Shown here: one piece after another, positions 30,758 to 40,932 of the stretch
Position numbering within the stretch: the stretch's first letter is position 1
How the letters are laid out: each line of letters begins with the position of its first letter
From: Thiotrichales bacterium
Lineage (GTDB): Bacteria > Pseudomonadota > Gammaproteobacteria > J044
Length of the DNA: 41,208 nucleotides
Direction: 5' to 3'
Assembly: GCA_024762895.1 (NCBI GenBank)
Contig: JANTGN010000002.1
Location: 1 to 41,208 of the forward strand
Notes under the pieces: model-generated
Told to the model about the DNA's origin: nothing
Seen by the model: the letters and a program-made list of their open reading frames with translations, nothing else
Database searches by the model: none
Position numbers and translations under genes: made by a program

Positions 30758-31096
30758 ATGAACCAACAGACCGGCAAGGAGGCCGAGGATCGCGCGCTAA
30801 GCTACCTGGAACAAAATGGGCTTAGCCTGATCCAACGTAATTACCGATCCAGGTATGGAGAGATCGACCTGATCATGAAAGATGGCGGGACCATTGTTTT
30901 TATTGAAGTCCGCTACCGTCGCAACAAGACTTTTGGTGGGGCCAGTCTCAGCGTCACATTCCAGAAGCAACAACGATTATTGACAACGGCCGCACAGTTT
31001 CTGCAACAACATGCGCCGCACTATCCTGCCAGGATGGATGTTCTCGCCCTGGAAGGAAATGACATAGAATGGATAAAAAATGCCTTCGAGGCCTGA
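30758..31096 (+). CDS. yraN: YraN family (UPF0102) endonuclease-like protein
   Basis: 112 aa with GKEAEDRALSYLEQNGLSLIQRNYRSRYGEIDLIMKD...VFIEVRYR, the typical YraN pattern. Confidence 0.9.
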   Translation: MNQQTGKEAEDRALSYLEQNGLSLIQRNYRSRYGEIDLIMKDGGTIVFIEVRYRRNKTFGGASLSVTFQKQQRLLTTAAQFLQQHAPHYPARMDVLALEGNDIEWIKNAFEA

Positions 31097-33065
<1,969 letters not shown>

Positions 33066-33068
33066 TTC

Positions 33069-33578
33069 TTATTCGGAGCAATCGGCGATACGCTCCAGGG
33101 CATCCTCATAGACATCGGCCACGGACTGACTAAAGCAACAGGCCAGGATCAGATCAAACCTCGACTCGAAACAACGCATGACCGAAATAGCAATCTCGGC
33201 TGCAGGGACCAGAGGGTAGCCATAGACGCCGGTACTGATAGCCGGAAAGGCAATGGAACGAACACGGTTATCAAGGGCCAGCTCAAGTGAATGCCGATAG
33301 GCGTTCTTCAATAGATCAGGCTCACCCTGTTCACCGCCATGCCATACAGGACCGACCGTGCTAATGACATGTCTTGCCGGTAGCCTGAAACCCGGGGAGA
33401 TCCTTGCCTCACCGGTGGGACATCCACCTAGCCCCCTGTTGAATTCCCGCAGCTGAGGCCCTGCCGCCTGATGAATGGCGCCATCCACACCCCCTCCACC
33501 CAGCAGGGAAGGATTCGCAGCGTTAACAATAGCATCAACGTCTAACCTGGTAATGTCACCGGTGCAGACCTCGATCAT
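33069..33578 (-). CDS. macro domain protein (YmdB-like O-acetyl-ADP-ribose deacetylase / ADP-ribose binding)
   Basis: 169 aa with GDITRLDVDAIVNAANPSLLGGGGVDGAIHQAAGP and SIAFPAISTGVYGYP, the canonical macrodomain motifs. Confidence 0.9.
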   Translation of the reverse strand: MIEVCTGDITRLDVDAIVNAANPSLLGGGGVDGAIHQAAGPQLREFNRGLGGCPTGEARISPGFRLPARHVISTVGPVWHGGEQGEPDLLKNAYRHSLELALDNRVRSIAFPAISTGVYGYPLVPAAEIAISVMRCFESRFDLILACCFSQSVADVYEDALERIADCSE

Positions 33579-33590
33579 GGATGCGTCTGG

Positions 33591-33980
33591 CTATTTGACG
33601 ACCCGAAGGCTGGGACGCCCCGAATCCTTGTCATCGCCACCCGAGGATGGTGGCGGCTGCTTGTCCTCTTCATCCTGGAACATCATTCCCTGTCCATTTT
33701 CTCGGGCATAGGTCGCCAGGACCTGACTCACCGGAATAACAACATCCATGGGCTGCCCACCAAATCGGGCATTGAACGTGATTTCATCATTTCCAAGCGT
33801 AAGGCTGCGTATGGCCATCGGGGCGATATTGAGTACGATCTTGCCATCCTCAACATACTGCCGTGGGATCATCATCTCCTCATCACTGGCATCCACCAGG
33901 ATATAGGGTGTGAGACCATTATCGACAATCCACTGATAGATGGCCCTGATCAGATAAGGCCGGCTGGAGGTCATCTCCAC
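33591..33980 (-). CDS. sspB: ClpXP adaptor / stringent starvation protein B
   Basis: SRPYLIRAIYQWIVDNGLTPYILVDA plus the C-terminal GRPSLRVVK (ClpX-binding tail). Confidence 0.93.
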   Translation of the reverse strand: MEMTSSRPYLIRAIYQWIVDNGLTPYILVDASDEEMMIPRQYVEDGKIVLNIAPMAIRSLTLGNDEITFNARFGGQPMDVVIPVSQVLATYARENGQGMMFQDEEDKQPPPSSGGDDKDSGRPSLRVVK

Positions 33981-33984
33981 GGAC

Positions 33985-34614
33985 TTATTCCCGCATTTCC
34001 TTTTCTTCTTCGCTCAGGCTCTGCTGGAAGGCCTCGCGATCGAACAGTCTCTCTGCATAATCCAGGATCGGCTTGGCCTGTTTGGGCGGTAACTGGATAC
34101 CCCAGCGGTCCAGACGCCACAGGATCGGGGCAATGGATGCATCGACCAGACTAAACTGTTCACTCAGAAAATAGGGCTTGGCCGCGAAGACCTCGGCAGA
34201 GGCCAGCAGACTCTCCTTGAGGATTTTCTTGGCCTTGTTGGCCTTGGTAGCATTACCCGATTCCAGATCAGGGATCAGGCTATACCAGTCATTCTCAACC
34301 CGGAACAGGGTCAGACGGGCATGGGCACGAGATACAGGATCCACGGGCATCAGCGGAGGATGCGGAAAACGCTCATCCAGATACTCGATAATGACACGGG
34401 CATCATAAAGCACAAGGTCACGATCGATCAGGGTCGGTACGGAGTTATAGGGATTGATATCGGAGAGGTCTTCCGGCATATCACTGGGATCGATGTTGAT
34501 GACATCAACGGTGATGTCCTTCTCGGCCAGCACGATCCGGCACCGATGACTCTCGGAACAGGTGGGTGATGAAAATACGGTCATTACCGAGCGCCTATTG
34601 GCAACCAGAGCCAT
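33985..34614 (-). CDS. sspA: stringent starvation protein A (GST-like)
   Basis: 209 aa with a GST fold. MTVFSSPTCSESHRCRIVLAEKDI... and PYNSVPTLIDRDLVLYDARVIIEYLDERFPHPPLMP match SspA. GGAGAG SD upstream. Confidence 0.93.
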   Translation of the reverse strand: MALVANRRSVMTVFSSPTCSESHRCRIVLAEKDITVDVINIDPSDMPEDLSDINPYNSVPTLIDRDLVLYDARVIIEYLDERFPHPPLMPVDPVSRAHARLTLFRVENDWYSLIPDLESGNATKANKAKKILKESLLASAEVFAAKPYFLSEQFSLVDASIAPILWRLDRWGIQLPPKQAKPILDYAERLFDREAFQQSLSEEEKEMRE

Positions 34615-34654
34615 CGTGTCTCTCCAATCAAATCACAAAATTAACAAAAGCGGC

Positions 34655-34663
34655 ATTATAACA
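34655..34663 (-). promoter_or_regulatory. extended -10 promoter element (TGTTATAAT) upstream of sspA
   Basis: The minus strand reads TGTTATAAT about 40 nt upstream of the sspA ATG, directly abutting the T-tract of the petC terminator. No convincing -35 was seen. Confidence 0.45.
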
Positions 34664-34697
34664 AAAAAAGACGCCCCTCGGTTTTGGGGGGCGTCTT
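34663..34697 (-). terminator. rho-independent terminator of petABC
   Basis: The minus strand reads AAGACGCCCC-ccaaaaccga-GGGGCGTCTT followed by TTTTT. That is a 10-bp GC-rich stem with a T-tract, located 21 nt after the petC stop. Confidence 0.85.
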
Positions 34698-34717
34698 CGC
34701 AGGAACAGAGCACTCTT

Positions 34718-35485
34718 TTAGTGAATGTCTTTCCAGTATTCCTTTTTCAGGAAGTACGCCACAACAAACAGCAGGGCCAGGAACAGCAGGACGTACACAC
34801 CCAGCCTCTGGCGCTCCAGCTGTACCGGCTCTCCCATATAGGCCAGGAAACCAACCAGGTCACGCACCGCCTGATCGTATTCCGGAGCAGTCATGCTGCC
34901 GGGGACAACGGTCTCGAAACCAACGATCTTGGTATGTTCATGACCATGATCATCAACCGTGGTTTCCTCGATCACCTTCTGATATCCCTGCAGCTCCCAC
35001 AGCACATGGGGCATACCCACATCAGGGAACATAGCATTGTTCATACCCGTTGGACGGGAATCATCCAGGTAGAAGGTACGCAGATAGGTGTACAGCCAAT
35101 CATTACCCTTTACGCGAGCGATCAGGGTCAGATCAGGGATCTTGGTACCGAAGGCTTCCTTGGCATATTTTTCAGTCATGGCCACCTTCATGAGGGAACC
35201 GACCTTCGACTGTTCACCATTTTCATCAGTGGTGAAAATCATGTTCTCACTCATCTGCTCCTCGGTAATGCCCAGATCAGCCGCGACGCGATTGTAACGG
35301 GCATATCCGGCCGAGTGACAGTTCAGGCAGTAGTTGACGAACAACCTGGCACCGCGCTGTAGCGACTCGGTGTTATGCAGGTCGATATTGGCCTTATCCT
35401 TCGGGAAAGAAGAGCCACCCGCTGCCATCACACCCGCAGGGGCCACGAAGAATATCAATGCAATCAGAATTAGCTTTTTCATCAT
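34718..35485 (-). CDS. petC: cytochrome c1 subunit of ubiquinol-cytochrome c reductase
   Basis: Signal peptide, heme motif CLNCHS, and a C-terminal TM anchor (GVYVLLFLALLFVVAYFL). It follows petB with a 4-nt overlap. Confidence 0.92.
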   Translation of the reverse strand: MMKKLILIALIFFVAPAGVMAAGGSSFPKDKANIDLHNTESLQRGARLFVNYCLNCHSAGYARYNRVAADLGITEEQMSENMIFTTDENGEQSKVGSLMKVAMTEKYAKEAFGTKIPDLTLIARVKGNDWLYTYLRTFYLDDSRPTGMNNAMFPDVGMPHVLWELQGYQKVIEETTVDDHGHEHTKIVGFETVVPGSMTAPEYDQAVRDLVGFLAYMGEPVQLERQRLGVYVLLFLALLFVVAYFLKKEYWKDIH

Positions 35486-36705
35486 CCTGTCACCCTTTCT
35501 GGAACTGGTTTGGTCTTTTCGTTCTTACTGATAAAGAACAGCGCCACGAAGAACCCGAAGTAGATCGCACTGAAGATCTGCGCGAACAAGGTCAGGAGCG
35601 GAGTTGCAGGCTGCATACCCAGCCAGCCCAGGGCAATAAAGGCGATTACGAACAGGACCAGGTTGATCTTGTAAGCGGTTGAACGGTAACGGATGGAGCG
35701 CACATTGTTACGATCCAGCCAGGGCAGGACGAACAGAACAGCGATGGCACCGCCCATGGCGATAACACCCAGCAACTTATCGGGTACCGCACGCAGAATC
35801 GCGTAGAACGGCGTGAAGTACCATACTGGAGCGATATGCTCAGGCGTTTTTAGCGGATCCGCCGGGATGAAGTTGGCATGCTCCAGGAAGTAACCACCCA
35901 TCTCAGGCGCGTAGAAGATAATCAGGCTGAACACCATCAGGAAGACCACGACACCCACGATATCCTTGACGCTGTAGTATGGATGGAAAGGAATGCCGTC
36001 CAGCGGAATACCGTTCTCATCCTTGTTCTTCTTGATGTCGACACCGTCCGGGTTGTTGGAACCCACTTCATGCAGCGCGATGATGTGTGCAACAACCAGG
36101 CCCAGCAGGACCAGGGGTACGGCAATGACGTGGAAGGCGAAGAAGCGGTTCAGGGTGGCATCCGAGATGACATAATCACCACGAATCCATAGCGCGAGGT
36201 CGTCACCCACAATGGGGATGGCACTGAACAGGGAGATAATAACCTGGGCACCCCAGTAGGACATCTGGCCCCAGGGTAGCAGATAGCCCATGAAGGCCTC
36301 GGCCATCAGAACCAGGTAGATCGCCATGCCAAACAGCCAGATCAGTTCACGGGGCTTCTTGTAGGAACCATACATCAGGCCACGGAACATATGCAGATAC
36401 ACCACCACGAAGAACGCGGAGGCGCCCGTGGAATGCATGTAGCGGATTAGCCAGCCCCACTCGACATCACGCATGATGTATTCGACCGAGGCAAAGGCCA
36501 GGGCACCATCCGGCTTGTAGTTCATGGTCAGGAAGATACCGGTCACGATCTGGATGACCAGCACCAGCAGAGCCAGGGAACCGAAGAAATACCAGAAATT
36601 GAAGTTCTTCGGCGCGTAGTACTTGGAGAGATGCTCTTCCCACATCTTGGTAAGGGGGAAACGGGCATCCGTCCAGGCAAGCAGGTTTGTCAGCATCTTA
36701 CTCAT
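35482..36705 (-). CDS. petB: cytochrome b subunit of bc1 complex
   Basis: 407 aa with a WNFGSL-like FNFWYFFGSLA, RYMHSTGASAFF, and the PEWYF-like APVWYFTPFYAILR. Confidence 0.96.
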   Translation of the reverse strand: MSKMLTNLLAWTDARFPLTKMWEEHLSKYYAPKNFNFWYFFGSLALLVLVIQIVTGIFLTMNYKPDGALAFASVEYIMRDVEWGWLIRYMHSTGASAFFVVVYLHMFRGLMYGSYKKPRELIWLFGMAIYLVLMAEAFMGYLLPWGQMSYWGAQVIISLFSAIPIVGDDLALWIRGDYVISDATLNRFFAFHVIAVPLVLLGLVVAHIIALHEVGSNNPDGVDIKKNKDENGIPLDGIPFHPYYSVKDIVGVVVFLMVFSLIIFYAPEMGGYFLEHANFIPADPLKTPEHIAPVWYFTPFYAILRAVPDKLLGVIAMGGAIAVLFVLPWLDRNNVRSIRYRSTAYKINLVLFVIAFIALGWLGMQPATPLLTLFAQIFSAIYFGFFVALFFISKNEKTKPVPERVTG

Positions 36706-37304
36706 TATGCAGCCCCTTCTTGGTCTTCACCGATTAGGATGGTTGATTCACCGATGTAGCGATGTGGCGGAACCACCAGGTTGGTTGGCGCTGGTACGCC
36801 CTGATAGACACGTCCAGCCAGGTCAAAGCGAGAGCCGTGACAGGGGCAGAAGAAGCCACCTTTCCAGTCATCGCCCAGATCGGCCGGTGCCAGCTCGGGG
36901 CGGAAGGTCGGTGAACAACCCAGGTGGGTACAGATACCAATAAGTACCGAATATTCAGGCTTGATAGAACGGTCGGGGTTCTGGGCATAGCTTGGTTGTT
37001 GCGAGGCCACTTCGGAATTAGGATCACGCAAATGGTCATCCAGTGTTGGCAGATTTTTCAGCATTTCCTCGGTGCGACGCACTACCCAGATAGGCTTTCC
37101 ACGCCATTCAGCCGTTACACGCTGGCCCGGCTCCACTGCTGAGATATCAATTTCTACCGGAGCTCCAGCCGCTTTTGCGCGTGCGCTGGGCAACATGGAA
37201 GACACAAAAGGCACTGCAACTGCAACGGCACCTGCACCACCAACCACGGATGTGGCAGCAATAAGGAACCGGCGGCGGCCTTTATCTACGCCATCATTTG
37301 CCAT
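36705..37304 (-). CDS. petA: ubiquinol-cytochrome c reductase Rieske iron-sulfur subunit
   Basis: Tat-like RRRFL N-terminus and the Rieske boxes CTHLGC and CPCHGS. Confidence 0.95.
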   Translation of the reverse strand: MANDGVDKGRRRFLIAATSVVGGAGAVAVAVPFVSSMLPSARAKAAGAPVEIDISAVEPGQRVTAEWRGKPIWVVRRTEEMLKNLPTLDDHLRDPNSEVASQQPSYAQNPDRSIKPEYSVLIGICTHLGCSPTFRPELAPADLGDDWKGGFFCPCHGSRFDLAGRVYQGVPAPTNLVVPPHRYIGESTILIGEDQEGAA

Positions 37305-37490
37305 AGGTTTTTCTCCCCGTCAGACTAAAATTTAATCAAGGCCAGACTGCAAAATCTCGAACCCATCTTGCAGTGCTGAATGAGTATATAAGATGTTACT
37401 TATATTCTGGCCCAATAAATCGCGCTAGTATCTTACAAGTGACCCTTTTCGTCCACCCCAAACAGGAATTTTTCCCTTTAATTGAGTGTT

Positions 37491-38240
37491 TTACACGGGA
37501 TTAGGGATGTCGATAAAGTGGTGTGATAGTCCAAATTCCCGGGCCAGCTTTTCACCCAGAGCCTGCACCCCGTAGCGCTCCGTTGCGTGATGCCCGGCGG
37601 CAATATAGTGGACCCCTAACTCACGCGCAATATGGACCGTTTGCTCCGAGATCTCGCCACTGATAAAGGCATCCACCCCCGCCGAAGCCGCCTGTTCCAG
37701 GTAGGATTGGGCCGCCCCCGTACACCAGCCTAGTCGCTTAATTTTGTGCTCTCCGCCCGAAATGAGTTCAGGCGGCCTGCCCAGACTAAGGCCAATATGG
37801 TGCCCCAGATCCTCCAGATCCAGAGGTGCATCCAGACGACCAAGCCAAACCAGAGAGTCGGGATTAAGAGGCCCCTCTATCTCAAACCCCAGAATCCGGG
37901 CCAGTTGCGCATTGTTTCCCAGTTCCGGATGGGCATCCAGGGGCAGATGATAGGCCAGTAGCGCAATATCATGCCGTATCAGGGCTGCCAGGCGGCGGTA
38001 TTTCATACCGGTAATACAGGGGTCCTCGCCCTTCCAGAAGTAGCCATGATGAACCAGTAACAGATCAGCATCATGGTCGATGGCCGCATCGATGAGCCCC
38101 TGGGAGGCCGTCACACCGGTCACAATACGCTCTATTCCTGGTCCTCCCTCTACCTGCAATCCGTTGGGACAATAATCACTAAAGGCATCGATATGTAGAA
38201 GCTCGTTACTATAAGCCGTGATCTTATTCAGGCTGGCCAT
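37491..38240 (-). CDS. Nif3-like dinuclear metal centre protein (YbgI family)
   Basis: 249 aa with NGLQVEG, DLLLVHHGYFW, and the C-terminal AGHHATERYG motifs. Confidence 0.9.
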   Translation of the reverse strand: MASLNKITAYSNELLHIDAFSDYCPNGLQVEGGPGIERIVTGVTASQGLIDAAIDHDADLLLVHHGYFWKGEDPCITGMKYRRLAALIRHDIALLAYHLPLDAHPELGNNAQLARILGFEIEGPLNPDSLVWLGRLDAPLDLEDLGHHIGLSLGRPPELISGGEHKIKRLGWCTGAAQSYLEQAASAGVDAFISGEISEQTVHIARELGVHYIAAGHHATERYGVQALGEKLAREFGLSHHFIDIPNPV

Positions 38241-38335
38241 GGCTGCTCCTCTTTATTCTGGGCATGAAAACCGAAGAAGAGGTATTATCCCCGAGCTTGA
38301 TACTAAAGTGTTAGTTGATCGAACGAGGCTATTCA

Positions 38336-39460
38336 ATGAATAAAGCGGGACGCTTCCTCCTGGAAAGCATACTGGTCGGGATTACTGCGGCAGTCCTGAT
38401 CGTATTGATCTTTCCTGACTGGTTAAAGCTGCCCGGAGCCCAGGTTGCCCGAATTTCAACAAACGGTCAGAATCCGAGCTCCTATGCCCAGGCCGTATCC
38501 AAGGCATCACCCGCCGTGGTGAATATATTTACCAGCCAGGAGGTCCAGGAGGTCAACCCGGCCTTTGCCAACGACCCCCTGTTCAAACATTTCTACGGGG
38601 ATGAACAGCAACCCGGTCGCAAAAGGAATGATGCCAGCCTTGGGTCTGGCGTCATCATTAATCCGGATGGCTACCTGCTTACCAATTTCCATGTCGTACG
38701 AAATGCCGACAAGATTCAGGTCATGCTCGAGGATGGCAGGGTCCTGAGCGCAGCACTCGTGGGTAGCGACCGGGAAACCGATCTGGCGGTACTCAAGATC
38801 GATGATGACCACCTGCCCGAACCCGTTGTTGCCTCACCCGATGCACTGCATGTCGGTGATGTAGTCCTCGCCATAGGCAACCCCTATGGTGTCGGCAAGA
38901 CGGTCACCATGGGGATCATCAGCGCCACCGGACGCAGCCAACTGGGCATTAATACCATTGAAGACTTCATCCAGACCGATGCCGCCATCAACCCAGGCAA
39001 CTCGGGGGGGGCCCTGGTGAATGCCAAGGGCGAGCTCATCGGCATTAATTCAGCTATCTATAGTGAGAGCGGTGGATCACAGGGCATTGGTTTTGCAATC
39101 CCGATTACACTGGCCCAGGATGTCCTTGAACAGATTCTCAAACATGGCCATGTGATTAGAGGCTGGCTAGGCGTTGAGGGACAGGACATAACCCCCGCCC
39201 TCGCCGAATCCTTTGGTCTGACGATTGAACAGGCCGTCCTGGTTGCCGGTGTCGTCAAGGATGGTCCAGCCTTTCAGGCTGGCCTTAAACCCGGGGACAT
39301 TATTACCGAGATCGATGATGCGCCGATTATCAGTGCCTATGCTGCCTTCAATTACATCGCACAACAAAAACCAGGAAACCACGTCAAGATCACCGGTCTT
39401 CGCGGTGGCAATAGCTTTACAACAGAAATCCTGGTAGCCGAAAGGCCTGAAGTTCTATAG
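38336..39460 (+). CDS. degS: S1C serine endoprotease, DegS/AlgW-like (one PDZ)
   Basis: The ATG at 38336 has GAGG 7 nt upstream; the TTG at 38315 in the ORF track was rejected. It has an N-terminal TM, catalytic residues in TNFHVV / DLAVLKI / GNSGGALVN, and a single C-terminal PDZ (GLKPGDIITEID). Confidence 0.9.
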   Translation: MNKAGRFLLESILVGITAAVLIVLIFPDWLKLPGAQVARISTNGQNPSSYAQAVSKASPAVVNIFTSQEVQEVNPAFANDPLFKHFYGDEQQPGRKRNDASLGSGVIINPDGYLLTNFHVVRNADKIQVMLEDGRVLSAALVGSDRETDLAVLKIDDDHLPEPVVASPDALHVGDVVLAIGNPYGVGKTVTMGIISATGRSQLGINTIEDFIQTDAAINPGNSGGALVNAKGELIGINSAIYSESGGSQGIGFAIPITLAQDVLEQILKHGHVIRGWLGVEGQDITPALAESFGLTIEQAVLVAGVVKDGPAFQAGLKPGDIITEIDDAPIISAYAAFNYIAQQKPGNHVKITGLRGGNSFTTEILVAERPEVL

Positions 39461-39481
39461 GGGCCTGACTTTCAAAAGCTC

Positions 39482-39910
39482 TCAGGCAGGGTTTGCCACG
39501 AACCTTCCGGGATAGTTATTCTCAAGGGCAGATAAAATCGAACCCACCTGTTCCTGACGATAATCCTCCCTGTCCTCGGTACCCCATACTACTCCGGGCC
39601 AGCAATAGTCATTCGAGTGGCGCCCCACCACATGAACATGTAACTGGGAGACCATGTTCCCTATGGCAGCGATATTGAGCTTCTCTACCTCAAACTCAGA
39701 ATCGATAAATTTGGAAAGCCGGTTCACCTCTTGCCAAAGCCTGAGTTGTAGGTCGCTATCGAGCTGATAGAGCTCAGTCACCTGAGTCCTTGGAACGACA
39801 ATAAACCAGGGCAACAGGGCATTATTGAATAAAAGTAATAAGCCCGCATCAACTTCACCCAGGAAATGACAGTCGGCCTGCAGACGCGGGTCCAGCACAA
39901 ATTCATTCAT
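39482..39910 (-). CDS. HIT family nucleotide hydrolase/transferase
   Basis: Histidine triad QLHVHVVGR, with a WPGVVWG tail typical of a proteobacterial HIT subfamily. The ATG at 39910 overlaps the upstream stop (ATGAATGA). Confidence 0.85.
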   Translation of the reverse strand: MNEFVLDPRLQADCHFLGEVDAGLLLLFNNALLPWFIVVPRTQVTELYQLDSDLQLRLWQEVNRLSKFIDSEFEVEKLNIAAIGNMVSQLHVHVVGRHSNDYCWPGVVWGTEDREDYRQEQVGSILSALENNYPGRFVANPA

Positions 39911-40283
39911 CAAAAACCGCCTCCAGCAGGGTCTCACTCACCGGTTGTTGCAGGATGGCATGCAAGGGAAATAATGCATCCAGCTTATCCACGTATTGTC
40001 GTTCCTCTTTCTCGACCAATACGACAATTCGAGCCTGTGGGGCATATTTCTGCAGGCTGTATAAAAAGACATCCAGGTTACTGACGTTCACGCCAGCATA
40101 GTTATTTCCATATCCGTAAAAAAACTCGGCAACGACATAGTTCGGAGTCACTTCCTTGATCAGGTTCATGGCCTTACGAGTCGACGTGGCACGCTCCTCA
40201 TGGATACCCAGCCTGCGATATAAACCGGAAAAATCAGGATGAGCAGGGGATTCAATAATCGATAGCAATGTAATGTCAGACAT
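39903..40283 (-). CDS. hypothetical single-domain protein with degenerate receiver (CheY-like) pattern
   Basis: 126 aa that align by eye to CheY. ITLLSIIES matches beta1 (DD replaced by ES). NYVVAEF matches beta3 (phospho-Asp replaced by Glu). RIVVLVEKEE matches beta4. HAILQQP matches beta5 (Lys replaced by Gln). It is translationally coupled to the HIT gene. Confidence 0.6.
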   Translation of the reverse strand: MSDITLLSIIESPAHPDFSGLYRRLGIHEERATSTRKAMNLIKEVTPNYVVAEFFYGYGNNYAGVNVSNLDVFLYSLQKYAPQARIVVLVEKEERQYVDKLDALFPLHAILQQPVSETLLEAVFDE

Positions 40284-40346
40284 GTGGACCCATTTAAAAC
40301 CGTGAATACAAGTGGTATAGATGCTTAATCGTGGCTCGCTGGCAGC

Positions 40347-40811
40347 TTAAGGCGCTTCCTCACGTAAACGGTCGCGAACTTCCATCAGGACCTTGCCATA
40401 GGCATTAACACCTCTCCCGTCACGACCACACCCCCAGAAATAGTCATATTGCGCATTTTCTAGCAACTGCTTTTCTCCCGTACCCAGCAACGCATTGGCT
40501 ACCTCCAGATGCGTTCGTGCTTGTATATAGACACCTCGGGTCATATAGGTCTCTTTGACCTTATTCCAGTCACTACGCACCTGGCGTTTATGCTTCCTGG
40601 CCAGTTTCTGCGCTTTGGCCGGATGGGTAGACTGACGTATCTGGTCACGCAATGACGTATCTTCAAATTTCATGGCCTGGTAATAATGTTCCACCGAGGG
40701 CCATTCCAGGTCCTCCAATATAAAAGGATGCCTGGAGAAACTCGACAGTGGATCCAGGGAGTCAGTCCTGGACAGATAGAGACGCCCAGCCTCAGATTGA
40801 TTGTTAAACAT
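40347..40811 (-). CDS. NADAR (YbiA/DUF1768) family protein
   Basis: 154 aa with FSRHPFILEDLEWPSVEHYYQAMKF and YFWGCGRDGRGVNAYGKVLMEVR, which are characteristic NADAR motifs. Confidence 0.85.
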   Translation of the reverse strand: MFNNQSEAGRLYLSRTDSLDPLSSFSRHPFILEDLEWPSVEHYYQAMKFEDTSLRDQIRQSTHPAKAQKLARKHKRQVRSDWNKVKETYMTRGVYIQARTHLEVANALLGTGEKQLLENAQYDYFWGCGRDGRGVNAYGKVLMEVRDRLREEAP

Positions 40812-40901
40812 TGGTTCTATTTATTCCAGCTATGATGGCCATTTAAAGACGATTGATGAACACTCAGTTCCTGGCCAGTTCTAATCAAGTGACAGGTAGT
40901 C

Positions 40902-40932
40902 AGAAAAAGACCAGGGGTCATGAAGACCCGGT
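40902..40932 (-). terminator. candidate rho-independent terminator for a minus-strand transcript entering from the right edge
   Basis: The minus strand reads ACC-GGGTC-ttcat-GACCC-ct-GGT followed by CTTTTTCT. This is an 8-bp stem with a 2-nt bulge. The TGA of the upstream frame lies in the loop. Confidence 0.4.

Noticed and set aside
34562-35362. 266-aa plus-strand ORF
   Set aside because: It is antisense to sspA 5' / petC and spans the petC terminator. It has no recognisable motifs.
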